From Escherichia phage vB_EcoM_JNE01: a DNA stretch of 64,000 nt. Under the pieces are notes generated by a model. That model was not told where the DNA came from. It worked only from the letters and a program-made list of their open reading frames with translations, and did not search any database. The stretch lies in the sequence record OR670491, one strand, 5' to 3'. The number at the start of each line of letters is the position of its first letter. Position 1 is the first letter of the stretch. A program made the translations under genes and the position numbers. Below, piece by piece: positions 51,440 to 60,661 of the stretch.

Positions 51440-51685
51440 ATGAAAAAGATTGCATTGGGATTGGCTTTTCTTGCATTGAGTGCTTCTTCGTTTGCAGGGC
51501 AAGCAGAATATGATCAACCACGTTCTGTGAAGTGTGTAGATTTGCGTGGGGGAATTATATCTTATGATGAACATGAAGTACGACGTGCTAAAATTGATAG
51601 TGATGGAACAACGGTAATACTGAAGGATGGAAAATTCATTCAATTCAGTCCAGCAGTTCAATGTATCACGGTTTTGCAAGAATAA
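51440..51685 (+). CDS. small secreted protein
   Basis: Signal peptide (...SASSFAGQ); two Cys in mature part. Confidence 0.5.
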   Translation: MKKIALGLAFLALSASSFAGQAEYDQPRSVKCVDLRGGIISYDEHEVRRAKIDSDGTTVILKDGKFIQFSPAVQCITVLQE

Positions 51686-51764
51686 AAGCTTTATTGATCT
51701 ATATCAATTTTCATTACCAAAATGTAAATATTAATGAGTAAAATATATTTTCATGGAGGTTTAT

Positions 51765-52001
51765 ATGGAAGTTGTTATTATAATATGTGCATTTATTTCT
51801 TTGATAGTAATGTTATCTCCAACTTTTATTGCACACAAATTGAAGAACAATAATGCTGAAGCAATAACATACGTTAACATTTGTTGTGTAATGACATATG
51901 GAATACTGTTGTTCTTTACTGAATTTACTTTTATTCCTATAGTTGTATGTTCATCAATGTTCATATGGTTATTCTTACTGTATGAATCTATTAAAAAATA
52001 A
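51765..52001 (+). CDS. small membrane protein
   Basis: Track ORF trimmed to the ATG after a GGAGG RBS. Confidence 0.45.
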   Translation: MEVVIIICAFISLIVMLSPTFIAHKLKNNNAEAITYVNICCVMTYGILLFFTEFTFIPIVVCSSMFIWLFLLYESIKK

Positions 52002-52010
52002 TCAATAACT

Positions 52011-52043
52011 GGGTTGACCGAAGTCAACCCTTTGTTGTATAGT
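52011..52043 (+). promoter_or_regulatory. PeSL-like cassette (inverted loop CGAA)
   Basis: Hairpin GGGTTGAC-CGAA-GTCAACCC; TTGACC -35 and TATAGT -10. Confidence 0.5.
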
Positions 52044-52052
52044 GAGGTTCTT

Positions 52053-52625
52053 ATGAATCGTAAAGGCCGCTTCAAAGTATCAAAGAAAAATAAGAGTTCC
52101 AAATTTAAGCCCATTGTTATATCCGTGAAAAGTAAGCCTGAATTAACTGCTCTTAGTCATAAGATTGTTTCACCTAAGATTAAAGTATCTTACATTAATT
52201 CGTTAAAATTCCAAAAGGTAAAACCACAAGACCAACTCATTTCACTTATATTTGAACGTAATGATTTTGAGATATCAGTCGATGATTATAGAGGCTATAA
52301 TGCTGGCTTCATTAATGTAACTTGTAATAAAGAACTAACTGCGTTAGAAAATTTGACATGTATAATAAATCTTGATAAAGGGGTGGTGACGTACCAATTT
52401 GTACATTTAACCAATATCAATAATGGTATGGGTGTGCAATCCAGAATAATAGTACCTACATGTGATGAGACTAGTTTAGCGAAGCTCAATGAAGAAGAAT
52501 ATTTTCAAGAAAGTATTGTAACTGAGCATTTGGATGTTATAATAGAAACCTACAAAGAATGCGTATGGGTTTTGAACGCAATCAAACCTAAATTATGTTT
52601 AATGAATATAGTTCGTGATTTGTAA
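52053..52625 (+). CDS. EE-x-FFQxS-motif family protein
   Basis: Track ORF trimmed to the ATG after a GAGG RBS; NEEEYFQESIVTEH. Confidence 0.5.
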   Translation: MNRKGRFKVSKKNKSSKFKPIVISVKSKPELTALSHKIVSPKIKVSYINSLKFQKVKPQDQLISLIFERNDFEISVDDYRGYNAGFINVTCNKELTALENLTCIINLDKGVVTYQFVHLTNINNGMGVQSRIIVPTCDETSLAKLNEEEYFQESIVTEHLDVIIETYKECVWVLNAIKPKLCLMNIVRDL

Positions 52626-52637
52626 ATTGGAGAGAAA

Positions 52638-53081
52638 ATGAGTTGGATACATGTTAATCATTCAGTACTGAACGAAATTGATATCTTTGCTTTCGTCAAC
52701 CTTAAGGATGATACTGTCCTTCGTGGACGTTTGTTCACTACACACGAAGGAGTTAAAGGTATTGCACTGATGGATACAAATGGTGCAGTATATGCTTCAC
52801 AGGAGCTACCTGCGTGGACGTATAGCAGTACTGAAGAGAATGTATTCGCAGAAGTAATGAAAGGCTTAGAGGCTCTGCCTGGTGGCGATATCCAGAACAT
52901 CGTATTCAATATTGAACGCGGTAATTACTCACCAGAACATCTAAGTGCATTAGCTATGAGAGCATTGAAGTCAGCTATAGTCACACCTAAGTGTGTGATT
53001 CTGAAGTATGTTCCTGACTTATCGTTAAGTGCACAAGATATGGAATCATTCATTTTTACATCTGAACTGAAACAATATTGA
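52638..53081 (+). CDS. hypothetical protein
   Basis: 147-aa ORF. Confidence 0.5.
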   Translation: MSWIHVNHSVLNEIDIFAFVNLKDDTVLRGRLFTTHEGVKGIALMDTNGAVYASQELPAWTYSSTEENVFAEVMKGLEALPGGDIQNIVFNIERGNYSPEHLSALAMRALKSAIVTPKCVILKYVPDLSLSAQDMESFIFTSELKQY

Positions 53082-53180
53082 ACAAATTTCAGTTAAGTGA
53101 TATAATTACAATGAGTTAATAAGAACAGAACTCATTTGTTATAAATACAAATGTAATTTATCTCTTTAAGGAGTATTGAA

Positions 53181-53564
53181 ATGGTTGATAAATGGAACAA
53201 GAAAGATCCATCACACGATGTGGATATTTCAGGTCTTGACAATGAGCACAAGCATAAGTATCTAGATTCACTAGGTCTACTAAAGCCTGACCAAAGTCTA
53301 TCTCATGACCGCCCTTCACGTGAAAAGGCATTCAGCCTTGAATCCTTGGGTCATGAATTGAATCGTGTATTTGAAGATCACCCAATCTATGTTCGTGATA
53401 TTATTGAAAAGCTTAAAGTAACTCCTAAAGAGCACTTTAAAGCAACAGTACATGCGGCGTTCCGCTCTTTGCACGAAGCACTAAAGAAAACTCATAACCT
53501 ACGTAAGATTCATGATGATATCGTGAAAGCTATCGAAGGTGAGAAACATAAGTTCAAGAAATAA
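53181..53564 (+). CDS. hypothetical basic protein with LxSLGLL motif
   Basis: 127 aa; KYLDSLGLLKP shared with ORF 54152. Confidence 0.5.
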   Translation: MVDKWNKKDPSHDVDISGLDNEHKHKYLDSLGLLKPDQSLSHDRPSREKAFSLESLGHELNRVFEDHPIYVRDIIEKLKVTPKEHFKATVHAAFRSLHEALKKTHNLRKIHDDIVKAIEGEKHKFKK

Positions 53565-53607
53565 ACACTAAGGTTGACTTCGGTCAGCATTTTTTATTGA
53601 TTTAGTA

Positions 53608-53636
53608 TTGACACTATTAAAAGAAATGAATATAAT
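53608..53636 (+). promoter_or_regulatory. sigma70-type promoter
   Basis: TTGACA, 17-nt spacer, TATAAT; just after a PeSL-like hairpin at 53572-53595. Confidence 0.5.
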
Positions 53637-53678
53637 ATCAATCAAGACGTAGATAAACCTAACTTAATGAGGATGTGT

Positions 53679-53972
53679 ATGAAAATTATTATTGCGTTGT
53701 TAGTATGTATATCATTTCAAGTATTATCTGCCCCACAATTAGTATGTACAATTACCCGAACTGATGGACAGACTATGACATTCAATACGAATGAATTGTT
53801 TGGAAGATCAAGTACTGAAACGGAAACCACATATCAATATCACCGACTTGATGTTGGTAATAATGTATCTACGCAAACAGACATGACCATCGATAAAATC
53901 ACACTTAAGGGTCGAATTATTGCTGAGAGAAGTGGTGTTCCAGCTTTATCGGCAACAGTAGACTGCAACTAA
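53679..53972 (+). CDS. small secreted protein
   Basis: Track ORF trimmed to the ATG after a GAGGA RBS; signal peptide; Cys pair. Confidence 0.5.
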   Translation: MKIIIALLVCISFQVLSAPQLVCTITRTDGQTMTFNTNELFGRSSTETETTYQYHRLDVGNNVSTQTDMTIDKITLKGRIIAERSGVPALSATVDCN

Positions 53973-54151
53973 GGAACAGGTATGTATTTATATATCGCAA
54001 TTTCAAGTATTGTCTTTGTTGTTATCGTTACTGGATGGTTTGGGTATCTAATGTTAAGTACAAAATAGGTTGACTTCGGTCAGCCTTTTCTTTATACTAT
54101 AAATATAGTCATAGAGAATAAACCAATATGAAATCTATGGAGAGAAATCAA

Positions 54152-55972
54152 ATGCCAGGTCAATTTACTGATAAAAATGGTGGTAATATGGCTGGTCACT
54201 CTGACCGTTGGAGTGATGCTAACCGCCGTAAGAATAGTTATCAAGCAGGACAAGGTTCACGTGGTTCACGTAATCAAGGGACAGGTTTAGCTGGTAAGGC
54301 AAACGCAGAAGCAGGTGAAGTTAAGAGTACTGAGAACATGACTGAGCTAGAAAAGCTACGTTATGTTAACTCATTAGGTCTTCTTAACGCAACACAGAAA
54401 CAACGCCTTGCTGATATGGAACGTGCTGAGAAAGAACAAGCAGTTCCTAAAGAAGAACCAAAACCAGAAGCTCCTAAAGCAGCTAACCCTGTTAAAGAGT
54501 TATCTGATAACTTAGGTAAGATCTTTGCTAACAAACCACAGTTGATTCAGGGTATTGTCAAAGCACTACAGGCAGTTCCTAAAGAAGAACTCAAAGGTAA
54601 AGCACAAGCTGTACTTGATGCAATGAAAGGTAATAAGAGCACTGAACCTACTGAAGTATTCAGTACTATCATGCGTGCACTGGAAGGTAAACAGAAATCC
54701 TTACCACAAAAGACCGATCAAAAACCAAGCAAACCTAGTGGAAGAATGTCTGAAGACGAATTCCGTGAAGTAAATGATTACTTAGGTGCTAAGTTTGTGA
54801 ACGATATTATCAATCAAGCTAAACAATATACAGACTTAGAGAAAGCACTGTACATTATTGATATGGCAATTGAAAATGTAGATGATGTAAATGATTCTCG
54901 TGCAGTTCGTATGTCAATGTCAAGTGCTGCTGATGACCTCACATCAATGGGATTAACGCTCAAGGATGAAGACGAAAATAATGATATTGAGTTTGATGAA
55001 CACTCACACGATGATGTTAATCTGGAAAGTATTCTTAAAACTTTTGATAGTATTGGCAAAGCAGACCGTGCTAATGCACAGCAAGTCAAGAATGTACTAG
55101 CTAAACTTGAAAACCGTTTAGAAGGTAAAGACGATAAGATTCAATTAGTACATGATGCTATCAAATCAGCATTAGATTCTTATGCACCTGGTGAGAAGTC
55201 TCGATTCATCACTGCTATGAATGCTGCATTCAATACTATGAAAAAGTATGAAGCTGAACATGGTGAGAAAGTATCAAAAGATGGTTACTTAGTTCGTGAT
55301 GATGAAGAAGGGGCAGTTGACCAGAAAGATGCTGAAACATCTCATGATGATTTACCTGATACTGTTGATATGGATGGTTACATTCATCGTCCTGAAATGG
55401 GAGAGTTTGGTTCTGACAAAGAAGGATTTGAACATGCAATGGCAGTGTACAAAGCTCTCGTGAACAATCCAGATTATGCCAACCGATTTGTAGATGAGTT
55501 TGATAGTGCATGGAACAACTACAAAGACAAAGGTTATGACTTCCCTGCTGAGGCAGCATTCTTTGAACTTGGTAAACTTTTAGCTAAACATGGAATTGAT
55601 GTAGGTTCTAAAGATGGTACTGATACTGATGGCATGGAAGCAGAATTGGCTAAAGATCGTGAAATGAACGACAACTCCATTCATGAACTCCAGAAGCTAA
55701 TGATGTGGATATCCGATATTGGTAAAAAAGCTGGTGCTGATAATAAGAGTATCAACAAAAACATTAGTTGGATTAAAAGTAATGTTGGTAAAAATGCTCG
55801 TAAACTACAAAAAGCATGGACTGATTTAGTAAATGGTGCTGATGATGTTGACATTGAATCACCAGAAGCATACGAATATGCATTAACTACTCTTGATAAT
55901 TCCTTTAAAGATTACGATAACGGTAACGTAACTCATTGGGAAAAGGATATCATGAACAAATACGGTAAATGA
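54152..55972 (+). CDS. large hypothetical protein (about 606 aa), charged and low-complexity
   Basis: Track ORF trimmed to the ATG after a GGAGAG RBS; optimal codons; flanked by PeSL cassettes; shares YVNSLGLL motif with ORF 53181. Confidence 0.55.
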   Translation: MPGQFTDKNGGNMAGHSDRWSDANRRKNSYQAGQGSRGSRNQGTGLAGKANAEAGEVKSTENMTELEKLRYVNSLGLLNATQKQRLADMERAEKEQAVPKEEPKPEAPKAANPVKELSDNLGKIFANKPQLIQGIVKALQAVPKEELKGKAQAVLDAMKGNKSTEPTEVFSTIMRALEGKQKSLPQKTDQKPSKPSGRMSEDEFREVNDYLGAKFVNDIINQAKQYTDLEKALYIIDMAIENVDDVNDSRAVRMSMSSAADDLTSMGLTLKDEDENNDIEFDEHSHDDVNLESILKTFDSIGKADRANAQQVKNVLAKLENRLEGKDDKIQLVHDAIKSALDSYAPGEKSRFITAMNAAFNTMKKYEAEHGEKVSKDGYLVRDDEEGAVDQKDAETSHDDLPDTVDMDGYIHRPEMGEFGSDKEGFEHAMAVYKALVNNPDYANRFVDEFDSAWNNYKDKGYDFPAEAAFFELGKLLAKHGIDVGSKDGTDTDGMEAELAKDREMNDNSIHELQKLMMWISDIGKKAGADNKSINKNISWIKSNVGKNARKLQKAWTDLVNGADDVDIESPEAYEYALTTLDNSFKDYDNGNVTHWEKDIMNKYGK

Positions 55973-55981
55973 TAAAGAAAA

Positions 55982-56014
55982 GGGTTGACTTCGGTCAGCC
56001 CTTTTTGCTATAAT
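55982..56014 (+). promoter_or_regulatory. PeSL-like terminator-promoter cassette
   Basis: GGGTTGAC-TTCG-GTCAGCCC + TTTTT; TTGACT in stem; TGCTATAAT extended -10. Confidence 0.65.
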
Positions 56015-56042
56015 CATTTCATCAACTCAAGAGGAAACAAAA

Positions 56043-56450
56043 ATGAAAAAGACTATTTTAAGCGTAATCGGTGCAGTACTGTTCATGGTAACTTCAGTTG
56101 CTTCTGCTGCAACAGTAGAAGAGATCTTTAATAACAACCTACCTACTCAAGAAGAGATGGGTATTAAGAAGTGTGACCTTTCCCGTTACATCATTTTGGG
56201 ATCACAACTGGTTCCTGATGGTAAGGTTAAAAATCGTGTTAATCTGGTTGAAGATGGTAACACCTTCAGTTTTGAATATGGCGTAGCACCAACCTCCGGT
56301 TCTATGGATAACGTTGATGAAAACACTGGTTCCACCTGGAGTACTAACAAAGGTGATGTGTTCCATCGTATGCGTGAAGGTGGTAAACTGAAATATGTTT
56401 ACGAAAGCCCATTCATCAAACGCGTGTATATTATGACCAACTGCCATTGA
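56043..56450 (+). CDS. secreted protein
   Basis: Signal peptide (...TSVASAAT); Cys near both ends of the mature part. Confidence 0.55.
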   Translation: MKKTILSVIGAVLFMVTSVASAATVEEIFNNNLPTQEEMGIKKCDLSRYIILGSQLVPDGKVKNRVNLVEDGNTFSFEYGVAPTSGSMDNVDENTGSTWSTNKGDVFHRMREGGKLKYVYESPFIKRVYIMTNCH

Positions 56451-56501
56451 CAGATACATTTCAGTACTGTATAATACCTACATCAACCAGAGGATATGAC
56501 A

Positions 56502-56786
56502 ATGAATGTATTAGCCAATCTTGTAGGACAGATGCGTTATAACGAAATCATCACTGATGTTTCTGAACTCACTGAATCAAAAAGCTACATCCACTTAGAT
56601 GAACTAATCATCAAGTACGGAGAGATTGGTGTCAATGAGCTTATTGTTTTTATGATTGAAACTCACAAGTTGAAGTACTTTAAGCTGAACTCTGAACCGT
56701 ATGCAGAACCTAATCTTTATTACAGTTATTACTTGAAGTACAAAGATGAATTCAATAGTATTTTTAGTAAACTATTACTTGCATAG
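56502..56786 (+). CDS. hypothetical protein
   Basis: Track ORF trimmed to the ATG 9 nt after an AGAGGA RBS. Confidence 0.45.
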   Translation: MNVLANLVGQMRYNEIITDVSELTESKSYIHLDELIIKYGEIGVNELIVFMIETHKLKYFKLNSEPYAEPNLYYSYYLKYKDEFNSIFSKLLLA

Positions 56787-56795
56787 GATAACAAT

Positions 56796-57128
56796 ATGAA
56801 TTTTGAATTGATTAATAAAATATCATTCTGTTTCATGTGTTTAATACAATTGTATTTGACACTTGGATATATACTTAGATTTTTTAAGTACAAAAGTATA
56901 TATAAACGCTTTTATGATGATGCACCTATCTTCGATTTACTGTTCATCGGTAATGCGTTTTCTATAGGAGAAATTCTGGTTGATGGCATTGACCCTGCTC
57001 AACCACAGTTAGTTAGTATCTTACTTGGACTAATTGTATCATGTGTTGGTATATTCCCATTGGTGTGGTCATTCTTTCACTTCGTTGGGTGGCTTGATAA
57101 AATACGTAATAATTTACCGGAGCGATAA
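56796..57128 (+). CDS. small membrane protein, paralogue family of three
   Basis: Two TM segments; C-terminal ...RNNLPER. Confidence 0.5.
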   Translation: MNFELINKISFCFMCLIQLYLTLGYILRFFKYKSIYKRFYDDAPIFDLLFIGNAFSIGEILVDGIDPAQPQLVSILLGLIVSCVGIFPLVWSFFHFVGWLDKIRNNLPER

Positions 57129-57463
57129 TGCAAACAGTAAACACATTAAGTTTTATCATTTGTACTGTGTCTGTATTTTATATGGTACTGTGTTATGTTT
57201 TGTGGTTTTTCAAATTTGAAAGCATTTTAGAACGTGTTTATAGGCTGGACTTAGAAGATGAGATTGGTATAACAGTACTCACTGTTCTAGGTTTTGTCTG
57301 TGGTGCGTCTATCCTGTTGGATATGTACATGAAACTACCCATTGATGCCCCACATCCTCCAGTAATCACCAGTTCAATTGTAATTGGTATTGTAGGTTTC
57401 CAGGGATTGATTAGTCTGTTTTCCTCAATAGCTACATATAGAGATAAGCTACCAAAGAGGTAA
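57128..57463 (+). CDS. small membrane protein, paralogue
   Basis: Same architecture; C-terminal ...RDKLPKR. Confidence 0.5.
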   Translation: MQTVNTLSFIICTVSVFYMVLCYVLWFFKFESILERVYRLDLEDEIGITVLTVLGFVCGASILLDMYMKLPIDAPHPPVITSSIVIGIVGFQGLISLFSSIATYRDKLPKR

Positions 57464-57465
57464 AA

Positions 57466-57819
57466 ATGTCGGATAAGTACTACTTTACGGGTAAGAAATG
57501 TGAACCATACGTTTTGGATTACAAGGAGCAGGAACAACCTAAACCGAAAAAGAAAGCGAAGAAGGAAGTAGTGAAGAAACAAAAACCACTGGTTAAAGGA
57601 TTGAAACTTAAACCTTTCCAAAAACTGGACTTTGACACTTACAGAAAGATTTATTTGGATTTGACGTGTAACATTAGCTTTGATGTTAATGCGATGAACA
57701 GGAAGTATAACCTGAAGGGTAGTTTCAATTTTTATTATGACTTAAAGAATGATGATCTTGAATCTTACCATGAGTGGTATAACGTTATGAATAACCACGT
57801 CGATGACAATAACCCATAG
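57466..57819 (+). CDS. hypothetical basic protein
   Basis: 117 aa; Lys-rich segment. Confidence 0.5.
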   Translation: MSDKYYFTGKKCEPYVLDYKEQEQPKPKKKAKKEVVKKQKPLVKGLKLKPFQKLDFDTYRKIYLDLTCNISFDVNAMNRKYNLKGSFNFYYDLKNDDLESYHEWYNVMNNHVDDNNP

Positions 57820-57827
57820 GTGAATAT

Positions 57828-58178
57828 ATGATTGAAATTATCGGAACGATCAGTTTTGTGTCATGTGTATTGTTCTGCACTTACATGATAATTGGACACA
57901 TTTTGTATTTCTTCAATTACATTACTGTGTTTAAAAAATTCTACTTCGAAAAGAGTGGATTTTTGTTTTACATTTGTGATTTTTTCACATGGGTGTCAAT
58001 GGGTGCAGTTATAATGGATATTATGTTTAGTGAAGATGTTTCTAAGGTAGGGTTCGGAATGACGCTTCTACCATTTGCACTATTCGTTACCCTTGTAGCT
58101 TTGTTCTTGATAGTGTTATCAAGTAATTTTATATCAGAGAAATTAAACAAGGCTAGAGAAAACTTCCCAATGCGATAA
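57828..58178 (+). CDS. small membrane protein, paralogue
   Basis: Same architecture as 56796 and 57128; C-terminal ...RENFPMR. Confidence 0.5.
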   Translation: MIEIIGTISFVSCVLFCTYMIIGHILYFFNYITVFKKFYFEKSGFLFYICDFFTWVSMGAVIMDIMFSEDVSKVGFGMTLLPFALFVTLVALFLIVLSSNFISEKLNKARENFPMR

Positions 58179-58189
58179 AGGAGTATACT

Positions 58190-58468
58190 ATGTTCGCACT
58201 ACGTAATAAAAAGACTCACCAAATCGTGGATTATGAATGGGTTTGCTATTACAATACTGGCAGCACTGATATGATTCTGTGCCATGATGGTGAAGAACCA
58301 TTTGTAACCAAACGTCGTGAAACACTCGAAGAGATCATCGAAGAATACAATACCAATGTAAATGCTGAAAATGGTCCTTATGGCGATGGCCTACGTGTAG
58401 AGTTACCAGATGCGTATGAAACTGGTAACATGGATTCTTACGAGATTGTAGAACTGGTGGTTAAGTAA
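58190..58468 (+). CDS. hypothetical protein
   Basis: 92-aa ORF. Confidence 0.5.
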   Translation: MFALRNKKTHQIVDYEWVCYYNTGSTDMILCHDGEEPFVTKRRETLEEIIEEYNTNVNAENGPYGDGLRVELPDAYETGNMDSYEIVELVVK

Positions 58469-58845
58469 TGCGTGTAATGTATAAAGTAACTGAGCTAAAC
58501 AAGCGTCTGCTTAAGATTTCTATGTTTGAGGATAAAGAATCTCTCTATAACTTTAAACGTGCTGTAGAGGCTGCTACGCATCTACAGAAGCTTAAGGATA
58601 AAGGATGTATCATTCTTGAAAACAATTCAGTACTGGAAGGTAACTTCAGTGTAGCCTTTGATGAAGCAGAAGATGGAACACTTTCTATGCCACGTTTGGG
58701 TACTGGTGACATGACAGTGTGGATTGGCTTTACTATGGGAAACAAGAAAGGAACTGTATACGTTGATGAAGAAGAGTTGAAAGATAGCTTCAAAAACTTA
58801 TCGTACATCGAACCACAATACTCTCATAAACTAAGTTTATTTTGA
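58468..58845 (+). CDS. hypothetical protein
   Basis: 125-aa ORF. Confidence 0.5.
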   Translation: MRVMYKVTELNKRLLKISMFEDKESLYNFKRAVEAATHLQKLKDKGCIILENNSVLEGNFSVAFDEAEDGTLSMPRLGTGDMTVWIGFTMGNKKGTVYVDEEELKDSFKNLSYIEPQYSHKLSLF

Positions 58846-58921
58846 GTTGACAATAAAGTTCAGTACTGTATAATGTTTATCAAGGGGATGAACTTCTCAT
58901 CCCCACAATCGAGGAATTGTC

Positions 58922-59476
58922 ATGATTACTTTTAAGAAAACTGCTAACCACATCCATGAGATCTACATTAACGGTCACAAAGCTGGCCTTCTTCGTTTAC
59001 TCGCCCATCATCCGAATATTACCGTATCTGATAATGAACCTAAAGATTGGCGTGTATTTTTCTTTGGAAAGTACAGTGATTTTCAAGTATCAAACCTGAA
59101 GAACATTCGTTCAGTATGCACGTTAACTGAAATTAAAGAAAAGTTAACCAAAGCATTGAAAACTAATCCAGATAGTGTTCTTCCACCTGATAACTTTGTA
59201 GAGAAAGGATATGCCTTAGCTCATTTCAAAGATGGTACTATTCAATCTATCAGTACTGAATATGAATATCAATGGACTGAGTACTTCACTTATGGATCGC
59301 GTAATACATTGATGGCTTCACGTAGTAAATTGGAAGAAGTACTGACTCGTATGAATGAACGCGAGCGTCAATTTTATGACAAACCAGAAATGTGGAGTTC
59401 AACTTACATTGACCGTATTGACTATGTTATTATGACTCCAATATTTGACACTGCTTACTATGATTCTTTGAAATAA
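58922..59476 (+). CDS. hypothetical protein
   Basis: 184 aa; TTGACA-N17-TATAAT promoter about 60 nt upstream. Confidence 0.55.
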   Translation: MITFKKTANHIHEIYINGHKAGLLRLLAHHPNITVSDNEPKDWRVFFFGKYSDFQVSNLKNIRSVCTLTEIKEKLTKALKTNPDSVLPPDNFVEKGYALAHFKDGTIQSISTEYEYQWTEYFTYGSRNTLMASRSKLEEVLTRMNERERQFYDKPEMWSSTYIDRIDYVIMTPIFDTAYYDSLK

Positions 59477-59487
59477 GGATAACTTAT

Positions 59488-59664
59488 ATGAAACTACGTA
59501 CTCGTAATCGACTGATGGATGCACTGTACCATGAACAGCTTTCACTGAATGAAGTGAAGCGTCAGTTAATGTACACATATCTGTTACCCGCTCGCATTGC
59601 AAAACAACGTGCTAAAGAATTGCTGAAAGAAGCAATCGAGTACTGGGAATCTGATTCGTACTAA
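59488..59664 (+). CDS. small hypothetical protein (58 aa)
   Basis: ATG after an AAGGA RBS; below track size cutoff. Confidence 0.35.
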   Translation: MKLRTRNRLMDALYHEQLSLNEVKRQLMYTYLLPARIAKQRAKELLKEAIEYWESDSY

Positions 59665-59692
59665 TTGTCACGTTAATTAAGTGAGGCGATAA

Positions 59693-59944
59693 ATGAAAAT
59701 TTTATTAGTTCTAATACTACTAATTGTTTTACCATTTACGTTAGTATCCCCTGAACTTGCATGGAATGTGTTTGTGTACTTACTATGTACTATTGTAGTA
59801 AATGGTATCTTGTTCTTAGTTCTATTCATAAATGGAATAGGACACGGTGGAGGATGGACCAGAACTGCTGATATTGTACATAAAACCACTATGTCTTTAT
59901 TTGTAGTGTGGAATTTATTCTGGACTTGGTTTGTGTTCTTCTAA
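59693..59944 (+). CDS. small membrane protein
   Basis: 83 aa; three hydrophobic segments. Confidence 0.5.
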   Translation: MKILLVLILLIVLPFTLVSPELAWNVFVYLLCTIVVNGILFLVLFINGIGHGGGWTRTADIVHKTTMSLFVVWNLFWTWFVFF

Positions 59945-59953
59945 TTAAAAAAT

Positions 59954-60325
59954 ATGAATATAGATTTGAAAGGTGCAACCCGAACTGTCATACTCATTGG
60001 GGAATATGCTATCAAGATTCCAACCTTTAAAAGTTGGAAGCTATTCTTAACAGGGATGATAGCTAACCTCAATGAACGTTCTTGGATGCAGTACTCCAAA
60101 CGTAGTGACAGTGGTATATGTCCTACTTTGTGGTCATCTATGACTGGTCTGATAACAGTACAGAAGCGATGTAAACCAGTACATCACCGAGGATTGTTTT
60201 GGGTGGAGTTGTGTGCGTTAGCATCGAAATCAGAGTTGAGTACTGACTTCTTTTATTCAGATGCGAAGCCAGAAAACTTTGGGTATCTGAATGGTAAGTT
60301 AGTTAAACTTGATTACGGAGATTAA
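59954..60325 (+). CDS. protein-kinase-like mini-ORF (N-lobe plus catalytic-loop motifs only)
   Basis: GEYAIKIP (beta3 Lys-like), YSDAKPENF (catalytic-loop-like), C-terminal DYGD (DFG-like); 123 aa. Confidence 0.45.
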   Translation: MNIDLKGATRTVILIGEYAIKIPTFKSWKLFLTGMIANLNERSWMQYSKRSDSGICPTLWSSMTGLITVQKRCKPVHHRGLFWVELCALASKSELSTDFFYSDAKPENFGYLNGKLVKLDYGD

Positions 60326-60326
60326 T

Positions 60327-60596
60327 ATGTACGCATTATATAATAAAGAAAAGAAACGATTCGCTAAGGTTGAAATTTTTATTGATACATTTGATATGTT
60401 AGAGTATTGTATCATCACTGATACTTATGAAGCATTGTATTACGTTCTTGATGACGTATCAGTACTGCAACGATTACTTGAGCGTTCAAAAAGTACATGC
60501 CAGGGTATCCATGATGGTTCATCTTATGAAACACCTGATTGTCCACACGGTCAACTCGATGGGTATGAGATTGTTAAGTTGGGAATTATTGAGTAA
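60327..60596 (+). CDS. hypothetical protein
   Basis: Track ORF trimmed to the ATG after a GGAG RBS, 2 nt after the kinase-like stop. Confidence 0.45.
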   Translation: MYALYNKEKKRFAKVEIFIDTFDMLEYCIITDTYEALYYVLDDVSVLQRLLERSKSTCQGIHDGSSYETPDCPHGQLDGYEIVKLGIIE

Positions 60597-60661
60597 AAGG
60601 TATTGACACAGTTCCCATTTAACAGTATTATGTATGTACACCAACTAATGAGGAATCTGAA

